Positions 52,143 to 64,000 of a stretch of DNA of 64,000 bases are shown here, one piece after another. Made by a program: the position numbers and the translations under genes. Position 1 is the first letter of the stretch, and each line of letters opens with the position of its first letter. Origin of the DNA: Selaginella moellendorffii (taxonomy: Eukaryota > Plantae > Lycopodiophyta); NCBI RefSeq assembly GCF_000143415.4, contig NW_003314261.1:6480817-6544816 (forward strand), in the 5' to 3' direction. The notes beneath the pieces are model-generated. The model was not told the origin of the DNA and searched no databases. It saw nothing but the letters and a program-made list of their open reading frames with translations.

Positions 52143-55100
52143 TATTCCTTTACTAAGTTTCTAATGTATTTTATTTCAAGGTGAACAATCCGAATCTGAA
52201 TCAGAGGAGGCGTGATGGCATGTGGCCCTTTGCACTAGTATATCTTAATACTGGTCTGAGAAATAGAATGGCATGTGCCCTTAGGCCTTTTACTAAATCA
52301 CCTTTGAAAGAAATGCAAGCCTCTATGTCGTAAAAAAAAGGTACTAGAGAAATTCCTTAATAATATGAATGTTATTTAGTTTCATGAAAATACACTAAGG
52401 GTCAAATGAGTTAAATGACTTCTCCAGACTAGCAATGCCTCTTGCTACACCTTCACAATTAGATTCGTTAGAAAAAGATAACATTGAATAATATCTAAAT
52501 GTTCTCACCATTAAGTTATATGTCTGGCTAATAGGAATGACGTTCATCTTGGAAAGCTCACCACACGCTCAATGAACAAACAAATAGTGTGTGCGCGCAT
52601 GCCATCGCTCTTCTTTAGCTTCAGATTCGGCTTGTTCACCTTGACAATGAGATTTATTATACAACCAGATGGACTCAGTCTGGACACAAAGTCACCGCGC
52701 TAGTCACCATGCCCCAGATATGTCTAGCCCCTGGACAAAAAACATATAATTTCACGTCATTTTCAAATACTTGAAAATTTGTACCTAGTCCCATTTTACT
52801 GAATAAATCCCACTTTAACGAAATAGAGCTTGTTGGAGGCAAAAAATAACAGTCTGAGATGGCATGTATTTATTTAAAAATGTAACTTATTATGGCATGG
52901 GGTTCCATGCCATTGTATTAATATTAAAAGACAATTCTTTGAGAGGATTTGCATTATACTAGAAGTGTTACAGCATGTTATTGGAAGTCTACGAAGTTGT
53001 TTTATTAATAAGGGGAAAGTAAAGATTGAATGGGGACTTGGGCTCTACCTAGACTTGGAGCAACTGAGCCAATATTAAAAGGATGGAAAGAAATTGGACG
53101 ACAATGACAAGGAGAAGAGAGAGGTGAAGCAGTGGCAGGGGGAGGAGAAGTGATTGAGTAGACATTTTCTTGTTTAAAATAAAATGGCATGTGCCTCAAT
53201 GCAGTTGAATTTTGTTATATTTATATATTATATAAAGGTTTGGAAACCTTTTTTTTACAAGTGGGATAATGACAATTCCCACTTTAACGAAATAGAGCTT
53301 AATGCCAAACTGCATCACCGACTTATATGGCCCTTGACAAATACGATGCAATTGTTGGAAGGCATCATCACAATTGTTAGCATGTCTAAATGTGCATTAA
53401 AGATGTCTGGGAGAATACTCCAATCCTTACGAATGGCTACACTTAAATTATTGTACCACTACAGCACCATCCTTTGGAAACACGTAAGAAACTCAAATGT
53501 CAAGCATCATCCTAAGAATAATATGTGGTAATCACCATGAAGTGATCGAACTAATGGTACACAATCATCCCATATTCCTATGGAAAAACTCCAGCTGAAC
53601 ATGAGGATTTGTAGCAAGAGTAGAAAGAGTTGTATTATGTGTCATGAATGCCACCATCAATTGAGTTTGATTGTTCAATTGTAGTCACATAACATCGAAT
53701 AATTGCACCAACTGCTGCTCTAGAGTCAAAAGAGGAGGAGATGCTACAATGAATAAAAAGGAAAGAGTAAAAGAAAAAAAATGGAAAAAGTTAGAAGCAA
53801 AGGGAGATCTAGGTAATGCAAAAGCTAGATTTAAACAAAAAGTGAAAGAAAAAAAATGGAAAAAAAAAGAAAAAAAAGGAGATTTAAACAATGTGAAAGC
53901 TAGATTTAAACAAAAATTCCAAATCCAAGCACTCCTCAGGAACAATCAAAATTGTCCCTCACCTCTACCAATGTGAGTGCATAGAAAGAGAATATAGAAA
54001 AAGTGCATATCAATTAACCCAAAAACCATAATTTATATATAAGAATGAATGGTTTAGATTGAAGTTAATCTGATGGCTACCAAAATCCCACTATGATAAT
54101 ATTAGTATATGGCATTATAACTGTACACTTGGACCTCATATATTAATTTTATTAGTTATATCTTGTAAATATAAATTAAAATAATCAATAGGATGAGTTA
54201 TTGTAAAGTCTTATAATTTATAATCTCAAAATTCTTCTCATAAACTATAAGGGTCTCTAAGATTGCAATAAATACATAGAAACTACTAAAAATTGTCTTA
54301 ATTTTTGTAGCATTTGAAATGAACATGCTTTGTATATGCATTTTTCATTCACTCTATCATTATCAAGAAGTCTCATTTTAACTGTAATTTTCTGAAATGT
54401 GTGATATAAAATATTATCAATAGTTCTTAAAAATTCAAATGACATTACACTTTTTTTCATGTAATAAAATAAGTCCTAAATTAGTATTCAGTATTAAAAA
54501 AGGGATACTAAATACATCCAAGAGAAGTTTCTCTTCCAAGGTTGCCGTTTGTGTGTTTATTAAACACATAATATAAACAAATTTGTAGATGTATTGCTTA
54601 GAATTTAAATCAGGTTCAAACCATTTTATTAATATTGTTCCATTATATGTTGCATGATTTAGAGCATTTATCTAAGTTCCTTCTGTAAAATATACATTTT
54701 AAAATTTTGATAGATAACTAGATAAGCATATTATAGCTTGTACATGACCATGCATTTTGAATTTAAACAACCACTAAATAGCTTTAGAGGCTCAAATGTA
54801 TATTGAGTATTCAAAAAAGTTGGGATTCATCCCAATCAAGTGTGGCATCATGCTGCTAAGTAGCAGTTTGTATTTGTAAAGTTGCACAATCATATCCTTT
54901 GGTTATTTTGGTGAAAAATACAGATAAATAAAAATAATAATTGTATTCATTGAAATGACATTTTTAAAATCACAAAGGGAGAATTCCACAAAAATATCCA
55001 TAAAAGGAGAATTCTGATTCTAATGGCCTAAAAATGCTATGCTTTGTAGTTGGGCATCATAATTATCACATCTCTCCCTAGTAATGCATGGCTAGATACA

Positions 55101-55831
55101 TGCCTAAATAGAGGGAGGGGTGATCAATCACTGAATTGAGGAGGGAGTAGCTGCTTCACGATGGAGTTGTCTTACAAGAGCCCAAGTACCATGAAAGGGA
55201 GTTGCCTTAAATTGGGCATAGATGTCATGTGAGGGAGGGGTAACCAATCACCCTGAATTGATCATGCCAGAGGATGATATCCTAATGTAATAAGCCCTTC
55301 TTTGCTAGTCCTTCTATGCTGTAAGTTATCAATTGTGGAATCTAGAGAAATATTACCAGTTCTTTGGAGTAGTAGGAGCATAAAGTTTCATGTGAAGGAA
55401 GAACTGATCTATCATCATACTTGGTCTCTATGGGTTCCTAGTAGTGATGGAGTCACTAGAGTAGATTTATTGGTCTATTCCATAGAGTAGCAGCAAAAAG
55501 TGTCACTGGGAAATTTGTAAGGCTCTTTGGCAATAGAACACACAAGCAATGCCTCCAAGAACTTCAAAAAAGTTATGTAAGAAGGTTGAAACATTCTTAG
55601 TAAGTTGGCCATTGAATGTTAAGAGGATTTAGAATGTACCAAATATTTAAAATCACTATTGCCAAGATCTGAACACACAAAGAGGTTGGGCTTGAGAATT
55701 ACTCTATCCAAGAGAGAAAGAAATTTTTTTTCCAAGTTTTGGGTATTGACAAACCAGATACATCTGATTAATTGCCTAGATGTGCCTCTTCATTTGTGAT
55801 TGCCTGGCTCCTACTTTAAAACTCTCTACCC

Positions 55832-58800
55832 TGTNNNNNNNNNNNNNNNNNNNNNNNNNNNNNNNNNNNNNNNNNNNNNNNNNNNNNNNNNNNNNNNNNN
55901 NNNNNNNNNNNNNNNNNNNNNNNNNNNNNNNNNNNNNNNNNNNNNNNNNNNNNNNNNNNNNNNNNNNNNNNNNNNNNNNNNNNNNNNNNNNNNNNNNNNN
56001 NNNNNNNNNNNNNNNNNNNNNNNNNNNNNNNNNNNNNNNNNNNNNNNNNNNNNNNNNNNNNNNNNNNNNNNNNNNNNNNNNNNNNNNNNNNNNNNNNNNN
56101 NNNNNNNNNNNNNNNNNNNNNNNNNNNNNNNNNNNNNNNNNNNNNNNNNNNNNNNNNNNNNNNNNNNNNNNNNNNNNNNNNNNNNNNNNNNNNNNNNNNN
56201 NNNNNNNNNNNNNNNNNNNNNNNNNNNNNNNNNNNNNNNNNNNNNNNNNNNNNNNNNNNNNNNNNNNNNNNNNNNNNNNNNNNNNNNNNNNNNNNNNNNN
56301 NNNNNNNNNNNNNNNNNNNNNNNNNNNNNNNNNNNNNNNNNNNNNNNNNNNNNNNNNNNNNNNNNNNNNNNNNNNNNNNNNNNNNNNNNNNNNNNNNNNN
56401 NNNNNNNNNNNNNNNNNNNNNNNNNNNNNNNNNNAAGCTCCACTATGCCACCACTCCACTGTGAGCCCTAGGGTAGGGTTTTTGTCCTTTACCCTAACAT
56501 GCCTTAATATACACTTGAGCCTCCCTTTGACTGATGTTGACCACATGGTCAAAGCTGGCACTTAACAATTCTTGCCCCCCAACAAAGTGCTTGTCTCAAG
56601 GATGAGTTGTACCAATAATCACCCTTTCTGGGGAACCTTGGTCAAGCTTCTGGTCCATCTTCCACAACCATATATATCAAGAAGGCATTAGGCCTGTCAC
56701 TCTAAGATAGTACACTTTTTAATTGGCTGACATAAAATACCGGATGAATTTTCACCCCAGCTGGCAGTCGCACCCAATAAGTCGCTTTACCAATGCACTC
56801 TAGCACTTCATATGGACCAATATATTGATGGAAAAATTTATCACTCTTCCTTGTCTGCAAAGGCACCAAGGTGTTCCGCCGCTCACTTAACAAAAAGATC
56901 ACTTGCACAAAGACAAGATCATCTATCTTATATTCCCGAAATTGGCGATGCTTATTGGCAAACTTCTCCACTCTATCCTGAGCTGCTTGCAAATTCCGTT
57001 TGCACACCACTAGAATCTCATCAAGTTCTGTGGCCAAATCAGTCACCTCATAATTAAGCTTATCTTGAACGTCCTTACTCAAATGCAAGCCCAACTCCAC
57101 CACTATTCGAGGATGCCTTCCAAACATGGCAAAATAAGGACTTAGCTTGTATTGGCTATTGTTGTAAGAAAATTGCACTAATAGAAGATATAGATCCCAT
57201 TGTCCTTGCCTTTGACCAATGCTACAACATAGCATATCCTCCACCACATGATTCACACACTTGGTTTGCCCATCCCTTTGAGGATGATTTCCACTCGAGA
57301 GTTTCAAAGTCACTTGCATAGCCTTTCCAAAGCTTTTCCAAAATCCATTAGTGAACTTTGAATCTTAATCACTAATGATGTCCTCTGGCAAACCAAAATT
57401 AGGAAAAACCTTCTCCAAGTAAACCGCAGCTAAGTCTGAGGCAGTGACAGTCTTCCGAAGAGCCAACAACCACACATACTTTATCAACTGATCCACTATG
57501 ACCCATACTTGCTCCTTTTGCCTCTATGTTCGTGGCAAACAAGTGATGAAGTCCATAGAGATACTACACCAATGGCTCTGAGGAATAGGTAAAGGTTGCA
57601 AAAGTCCTTGTAGCTTCTCCTATGGCACCTTAACCCACTGACAAAGCTTGCATGATTTACAATACTTGAGGATATCAGCCTTCATATTCCTCCAATAAAA
57701 GTTGCGCTTAATCAACTCATACGTCTTCTTCCCTGCAAAATGACCGGCCTCTGGACGATCATGATAGTGGAATAAAACTTGAGTAATTAATGCATCCACC
57801 TATGGCAAATATACACGGCCATTGTAGTAGAGAATCCCATCCACCAATGAGAAAGGGGCTTCCATCTGGTCTCGCAAAGAGGCCACCTCAGCATCTTGAG
57901 CCTAAGCATGCTCAACCAACTGCCCAAACTCGCTGACCACCTTACTCAAATGATGACAAAATCGTGTTGTAACATCGTCACATAACAAACACAAGATAAA
58001 ACATCTGCCACCACATTTGATTTTCTTGGACGATACTTAATAGGAAATTCTCCAAACTCCATGAGTTTAACCATCCAACGAGCTTGCCTAATGTTCAACT
58101 CCTTCTGTGTGAAAAGATACATAAGTGGTTTATGATCTATCAACACCACAAACACTACATCATAAAGATAGTGCCACTACGTCTGCAAAGCATGAACAAT
58201 AGAGAGTAACTCTTGCTCATATATGGAATAACGTTGCTCTGTAGAATTCAAAGTTCGACTCTCATATACAATAAGCTATCCCTCGTACATGAGAACCTCC
58301 CAATGCATAACCATTCGCATCGCATATCACCTTGTAAGGTTTTGATGGATCAGCAATGTGAAGCACTGGAGTCTCGCTCAACAATCATTTCAATGCCACA
58401 AAACTCTCTTCTTGTGGCTTTTTCCACTTGAATAACACATTTTTGCGTAACAACCGTGTTAAAGGAATAGCCACCTTTGCAAACTTATGCTAGAAATGTC
58501 AGTAGTAACTAGCCATACCAAGAAAACTGTGCAACTCGGCCACTGTAGTCAGTGTAAGCCAGTTTTCCACCACAGCCACCTTCCTTGGATCCATCTTGAC
58601 ACCCTTAGATGTCACAATATAGCCTAGATATTCTACCTTCGACTTTGCAGATTCACATTTGCTCTTTTTCGCATAAAGTTTGTTATTTCGGAGTAACAAA
58701 AGAACCTTGTGCAAATGCACCTTATGCTCCTCCATATTCTTGCTAAAAACAAGAATAAAATCTCCACAAACTCATAAAAATAATGCTCAAATACCTCTAT

Positions 58801-61793
58801 CATCAACCGAGTAAATGTGGCTAGTGCATTTGTCAAACCAAATGATATAACTATAAACTCAAAATGTCTGAAGTTTGTGTTGAATGCCGTCTTGGAGATA
58901 AATGTATCATCCATTGCAATCTGATGATATCCACTCCTTAGATCAATCTTGGTAAACACTCATGCTTCACCAAGCTTGTCTAGGATATCATCCACACATG
59001 GCATCGACATCTTATCCTTCACTGTCTTTTTGTTCAAAGTGCGGTAGTCAATACACATCTACATTGAACTGTCTTTTTTTTTCATAAGCAAGACTGAAAC
59101 ACCAAACGGAGACTTACTTGGCTGAATAAATCCAAACTCAAGTAACTCCTTGACTTGTCATTGAACTTCTTGCTCCTCCACATAACTTAACCGAAATGGA
59201 TGCCAGTAAATTGGCCACGTCCCAGGCTTCAATGTAATCCCATGCTCCACACCTTGTAATGGAGGCAACCCATGAGGAAGTTCAAATGGAAAAACATCAG
59301 AAAACTCGTTAAGTACATCCCGTATTGCTGCTTCTCCCCCACACATGCCTTGGTCCCCAAAGTCACGAACAAATAGCAAGTAACTCAAAAGTGTTTTTCC
59401 ATTATGACAAACTCGCTTCAAAGATGTAGTAGAGAGCATAATAACTGGTGGTTAAACGCCCTTACCAAATCACACATCTTTAACGCCACCATACTCCATT
59501 GAGATATGTGTAAGCTCCTGAGTTTGGACTTCCCGGGAGGTCACCCAGCCCAGTACTATTCAAACCCAAGGACGCTTAACCCCAAATATCCCAAGACCCT
59601 TAACCGATTGGAAAAGGGGGTGCACTCTTGTTCATGGGCCCTTTCCCTCTATATTTGAACCCCTATGGATCGTCTCTCAAGTCGTTCCCTTTGGTTGCTT
59701 ACAATCCACCACGCTTCCCTGCAAGTTCACGCCCTCGTGAATGGAAGCTGAGAGCCGCAGCTCTCCCGAGAGCCCCGCTCTCTTGACACCCTACCCCTCG
59801 GGTCGAGCCCAGCGGGAGCAAACTGGACCAGCTAGATGTCAATCAACATGTGGTGCGATTCCCTTAGCCAACCAACAGAGTCGGACCCGAGACCGCTCAG
59901 ATACCAAATGTAAGCTCCTGAGTTTGGACTTCCCGGGAGGTCACCCAGCCCAGTACTATTCAAACCCAAGGACGCTTAACCCCAAATATCCCAAGACCCT
60001 TAACCGATTGGAAAAGGGGGTGCACTCTTGTTCATGGGCCCTTTCCCTCTATATTTGAACCCCTATGGATCGTCTCTCAAGTCGTTCCCTTTGGTTGCTT
60101 ACAATATGCTTAATACTCCACTTTATCTCTGTATTCACCTTCACCAACCATGGCATCCCAAGAATGAAATCCACACGATGAATACCCACGAGATAAAAAG
60201 TCTCCATAAGTATGGTTTTGCCAACCAACACTTCCAGCCTCTCGACACAAGCATCAAAATGCTGAGCAGAGGTAACTGCACCTTCCACTGTGTATGGAAG
60301 AACTCCGCATGTGACCAGGCCATGCTCCGCAACAAAGTTGTCATTGCTCCCACTATCCAGTAAAATCCACATTGGATCCCCATGGAACACATCCTCTAGC
60401 ATTAAAGCTGATTCAAGTGTATCCTCTTGCTCTATCTTGTTCCACACATAGTTGAGCTAACAAGCAACAATCGAAAGTATCTTCCTCCGACCGGAATGGT
60501 CGTTCTCGTCATCCTCACACTGCATAGTTTGCAACTTTTTAGTATCTGACTTACTGTGAGAAGAAGATTGGCCATTCTTCTTGTCCTGTTGCTTGTTCTT
60601 CAACTGCGGACAATCAATCTTGTAGTGTCCAAGTTCGCCGCAATGATGACAACCCTGTCTATAATTCTTCACAAAGAACTTTTGCTTCTTGGACCCCTTT
60701 ACATCCGAGGTAGTCACCACCGACTTCAACTTGTGATGTTTGTTCCCATCCTTATGTCCATGGCAATTATCACGACGATTCTCAACAAGAGGACTCCGCG
60801 AATGCTTACGAGATTTGTGCTTGTCATTGTCAAGTCAATGAGTTGCATCAAATAGCTCCTCCAAACTCTTTGTAAGCTGAGAATGACGCAAGTGTTGCTG
60901 CATGCTCTCACTATATAGGCCATCAATGAAGTAAGACTTGTTTTGATCTGGATCCTTTGTTGGAACACAACTAATCAAATGAGTAAGCTTCTCAATATAG
61001 TCCCCGAGCATTATTTTCCCTTGCTAGAAGTTCTGTACAAGCATTCTCCATGTCGTAATGAGGGGCAAAACGTAAACGGAAAGCATCCTCAATGGTAGAC
61101 ACTAGTAGTTTCTTATCTGCAACACGGGACTCCTCAAGCCAATTCCACCATCGAAGACTCGCATCACGCAAAACCATCAGAATAGCCACTAAAGCCTCTG
61201 CATCTAGAGTTCCCCTAACAACCAAGAACTTCTTCACATTGGCTAGCCAAGTGAGACACTCGTTCACACCACCATCACTGGAAAAAGTTGGAATCTTGAG
61301 TTGATCTACCAAAGAAGGCTTACTTGGAGCGCTATCCCGTCCAGCCTCAAGTGCCTCAACACGCCCATGCATGGTATCCATCATGCCATGCATCTCGTCT
61401 TGCATCTCTTACTGATTTCGATTAAGGGCTTGCAGCTCATGAACCACATCTTGAATAATCCAAATCTCCACAACTTTGTCGGCACCATCGTCAGCACCAC
61501 TATCGACAATAGGATTCCAATGTTCAGCTTGGTTAACCATTGCAACCAACCTCCTCTAATACCAATGTTATGATCCGGTGCAAAAAAATAGAGATCTAGT
61601 CACCCTAGACTATGTTATACCACCTTTTGAGGTTTCTCACCACCCAACCACCCCCAAGTTACCTCAAAAGCTCCATTGCACCGTCACTCCACTGTGAGCC
61701 CTAGGGTAGGGTTTTTGTCCCTTACCCTAACATGCCTTAATATACCCTTGAGCCTCCCTTTGACCAACATTGACCACGTGGTTAAAGCTGGCA
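55832..61793 (-). mobile_element. Degenerate Ty3/Gypsy LTR retrotransposon of a second family
   Basis: LTR copies at 56436-56567 (rest in gap) and 61566-61793. Met-tRNA-like PBS TGGTATTAGAG. gag at 61405-60460 with zinc knuckle CHHCGELGHYKIDC; protease LLDSGS; RT FTKIDLRSGYHQI; integrase HPQRDGQTK and GPY...IHPVFYVSQLK; PPT GGGGGCAAGAAT. Confidence 0.92.
59509..60103 (-). mobile_element. Cassandra-type TRIM (non-autonomous LTR element with 5S rRNA-derived LTRs)
   Basis: Two 195-bp TG...CA LTRs (59509-59703, 59909-60103), TSD ATATG, and PBS TGGTATCTGAGC. The LTR minus strand contains GGTTAAGCGTCCTTGGGTTTGAATAGTACTGGGCTGGGTGACCTCCCGGGAAGTCC, which resembles the 5S rRNA A-box/IE/C-box region. 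Confidence 0.92.
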
Positions 61794-62049
61794 ATGAGCA
61801 TGACTACTAGGCCTGCCTGATCCAGCAACTATGAGCCTTTGCCCCTTATCATTTTATTGTTGTAGATATTTTTAAATCATTTAGAAATTCCTTTTGATTG
61901 CAATTTCATTTTGATCATAGAGAGTTTATTATGGAAATAAAAGGAAAAAGAAAAATTGAGACAAAAGAAAAACTTTATGAACCTTCCAATTCTTCTGAGG
62001 AAAACAAACTTCACAAATCTTCCAAGGAAAATGTCATGCTAATCCTTAA

Positions 62050-63000
62050 ATTTGTGGTCAAACTTGCCATAACACCCAATACAGCTTTTAGTTCTTCCCG
62101 ATGCACCAGCCAAAGAGTCCTATAAATGAGTAACTGCCTCATACATACCATAAGGTATAGGCTCAAAATGTTCCCACCCTTAGACCACTGTGCCTGCTAT
62201 ATAGATGGCCAAGCTCTTTCTCTTTTCCTTGGTCACAAGTAGTTTGAAGTTGGGTTGCTTGAGCGTTAAGCACAGATGGCACGGAAACTTGGATGCTTCA
62301 AATGGGTTGATCTCAAACCCCTCCACCAGAAGCAGTCTGAATGAAAAACTCTTGTTCTATAGCAGATCCTTCATCTTGAAACCATTCCATGACAGTAAAA
62401 CCTATAAACTTGAGCATGAGAAAAAACAAACTTATATGTTTGGATTGTTTCTTGCCACAATTGATGGAGTACGTTGATCAGATTTTCCATTAAGTCAGAT
62501 GTATGGGGACCGTCGGGCCATGGAACATGAAACCCCTGAAATGGCGAGCAGTATACAAGCACATTGCATGGAACTGAAATTGGCAAACAGTATACGAGGC
62601 GCATTTTGAAACCAAGAGAGGACTAATAGCTCATGCGCTACCGTTGCCATGAGAGACATGGATGGCAGTTCCTTCACATTCTTGCTTGCCTGTAGAATTA
62701 AGTTCGAACTTCTATAATGCAAAAGAAATAGCTCCTAGACCTTCTCATCTGCATTGAGCTATAAGGTTTTGTGTGCTTTGGCAATGTAGAGCTCGGGATC
62801 AAGTCCGGTAATAAAACCAAGCTCCCTCGCCAGATTTTCATCCCACTGGTAAAAGCGTCTGACGAGCTTTTTAATCACGGGCTTGTTCCTGCGCATCCAA
62901 ATAATTCAAAACCAAAATCTTACCTCGAGTAGATGAATTTTCCTAGCACTTCTAGAGTAGTATCAGATGTATAAGTCACACAACATTGCTATGCTTTTGT
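62050..63000 (-). pseudogene. Unidentified coding-like fragments
   Basis: Short interrupted frames (KKLVRRFYQWDENLARELGFITGL; CSPFQGFHVPWPDGPHTSDLMENLINVLHQLW). No family recognised. Confidence 0.25.
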
Positions 63001-64000
63001 GTGACCACACATTGTTTCTTGCCAGGATAATCTGCTTGCTCTAGTAGAGCATTGACGCTGCAACACAATTATTTTCACTAAGCACACACACAAATCCAAG
63101 TAACATGAGAGATGGATAACTTAATCTATTATGTCGGAGGCTTTTAACACGATAAACTAAACTATCCATATTTAAAAAAATTGATACACTAAAACAACCA
63201 TTTTTTTTTTTTTTTTTGTCAGCAGGTATGCAACAAAAGACAATAGTCCATAAAGTCGCTCGAAAGTAACATCAGAAGGATCAAAATGGAGGAGACTCTG
63301 GCTTGACAGAGACTCTTGTTTAGAACCTAGCCTAGAACTCGAATCTTACCCTACTTAGGTCACGAACCATAGAAATTATATTTATAAAGGAGGCTCAAGT
63401 TAAGGAAGCGTTATTAAAGTTTGAGACACACCTGTGATAAAATGTACGTATCATAAAAAGTATGGCATGAAGGCGTGTAGAACCAGAGAAAAGCTGAATC
63501 CAGGCAGTGAAGGCAGGCGCGCGGCGCGATCAGGGCGAGGTATGTGAGCATTCTCCAGGTTTTCTTGCAATGGAAATACGCTGCCAGGGTCGATTGGCAT
63601 GGATTTCGAGGTCTAGAGCATGCATTCTAGGGGAATGAAGCAGCATTTGCTTGTAGATCTTCCATTTCTAGCGTTTCTTGCCCTGGGCACACGGATTTCC
63701 CTAGCTTGTTCTACGTTTTGCTCTACCATTTCGATTTCCTGGTACTATGGAAGTTCTAAACGTTTCGTTTAGATTTTCAGGATGGCGCCAGTGTATGCAA
63801 GTCCAATCTCCATTCCAGCAGACGATCAGGCAGGCGCCGTAGCTGTTCCAGCCTACACTCCTCCGCCTTTGCCGACCGCCAGGCAAGTCAGTGGAGTGCA
63901 AGTAAGATGAGTTTCTATGGCAAGATTGCTCGACTGGGAGTCGGCGTGGGAAGGAAGGACGCTTGTATCGTCCTTGTTGAGGGCGGAGTGGGAAGGCTGG

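Larger units (their letters stand above)
39984..52831 (+). mobile_element. Multi-gene DNA transposon copy 2 (~12.8 kb), inserted inverted inside copy 1
   Basis: Perfect 24-bp TIRs AAGCTCTATTTCGTTAAAGTGGGA. TSD GTTG at 39980-39983 and 52832-52835. Removing it restores ...TATAGGCGTTGGAGGCAAAA of copy 1 gene B. Confidence 0.95.
26815..53300 (-). mobile_element. Multi-gene DNA transposon copy 1 (Sola-like DDD transposase), ~13.6 kb of its own sequence, interrupted by copy 2
   Basis: TIRs ATGCTCTATTTCGTTAAAATGGGA (from 26815) and TCCCACTTTAACGAAATAGAGCTT (to 53300). TSD AATG at 26811-26814 and 53301-53304. Sits within Gypsy gag. Confidence 0.92.
16757..54140 (-). mobile_element. Old Ty3/Gypsy LTR retrotransposon split by several nested DNA-transposon insertions
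   Basis: Related LTRs at 16757-16931 and 53972-54140, with a possible TATT TSD. PPT at ~16932-16945 and PBS-like TGGTAGAGG next to the 5' LTR. Integrase at 17050-18420, RH/RT at 24460-25750 (IHFCIDYRPLN), gag at 26500-26810 resuming at 53305. Confidence 0.8.

Noticed and set aside
26815-52831. Giant palindrome as an assembly artefact, or as one element with 13-kb TIRs
   Set aside because: The arms differ by many substitutions and indels, and two distinct TSD pairs show two independent insertions.
53760-53920. Lys-rich ORF with an internal duplication
   Set aside because: An A-rich tandem duplication in the Gypsy leader read on the antisense strand; not a credible gene.
54200-55830. Possible LINE remnant (also 15760-16750)
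   Set aside because: Only a weak PF.YLG-like hint; too decayed to support a call.
55776-56565. Long ORFs in the ORF track
   Set aside because: Artefacts of the N gap.
59530-59990. Functional 5S rRNA genes
   Set aside because: Only a ~55-70 nt internal fragment, embedded in TRIM LTRs.

Overview
Land-plant nuclear DNA. The compact genes, 45-60 nt introns and PPR-DYW remnant suggest a Selaginella-like lycophyte (inference). A small gene island at 7.3-15.4 kb holds a Snapin-like gene, a BTB-BACK POB1/LRB-like gene, a DEK-C/CHZ (HIRIP3-like) gene, a PPR-DYW pseudogene and an unidentified multi-exon gene; the rest is nested transposons. The main feature is a ~13 kb multi-gene cut-and-paste DNA transposon with 24-bp TIRs (AAGCTCTATTTCGTTAAAGTGGGA) and 4-bp TSDs, present twice. 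Copy 2 (39984-52831, TSD GTTG) is inserted in inverted orientation near the end of copy 1 (26815-53300, TSD AATG), which creates a ~26 kb inverted repeat. Each copy encodes (i) a Sola-like DDD transposase, (ii) a divergently transcribed multi-exon protein that appears to fuse a ParB/Srx-like domain to a degenerate beta-class (N6A/N4C) DNA methyltransferase fold, and (iii) an FCP1/NIF-type HAD phosphatase. Each copy also carries about 20 copies of a 22-bp palindrome (consensus ATGGCATGWGGCCWCATGCCAT), concentrated in introns and non-coding DNA, plus TTTAGGG repeats. Together these form a candidate transposon-encoded, self-targeting chromatin or anti-silencing system. Also present: three Gypsy remnants, a degenerate TIR element containing a 96-bp double-hairpin tandem repeat, a foldback MITE, and a young Cassandra-type TRIM with 5S rRNA-derived LTRs. 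All domain calls were made by eye; no searches were run.
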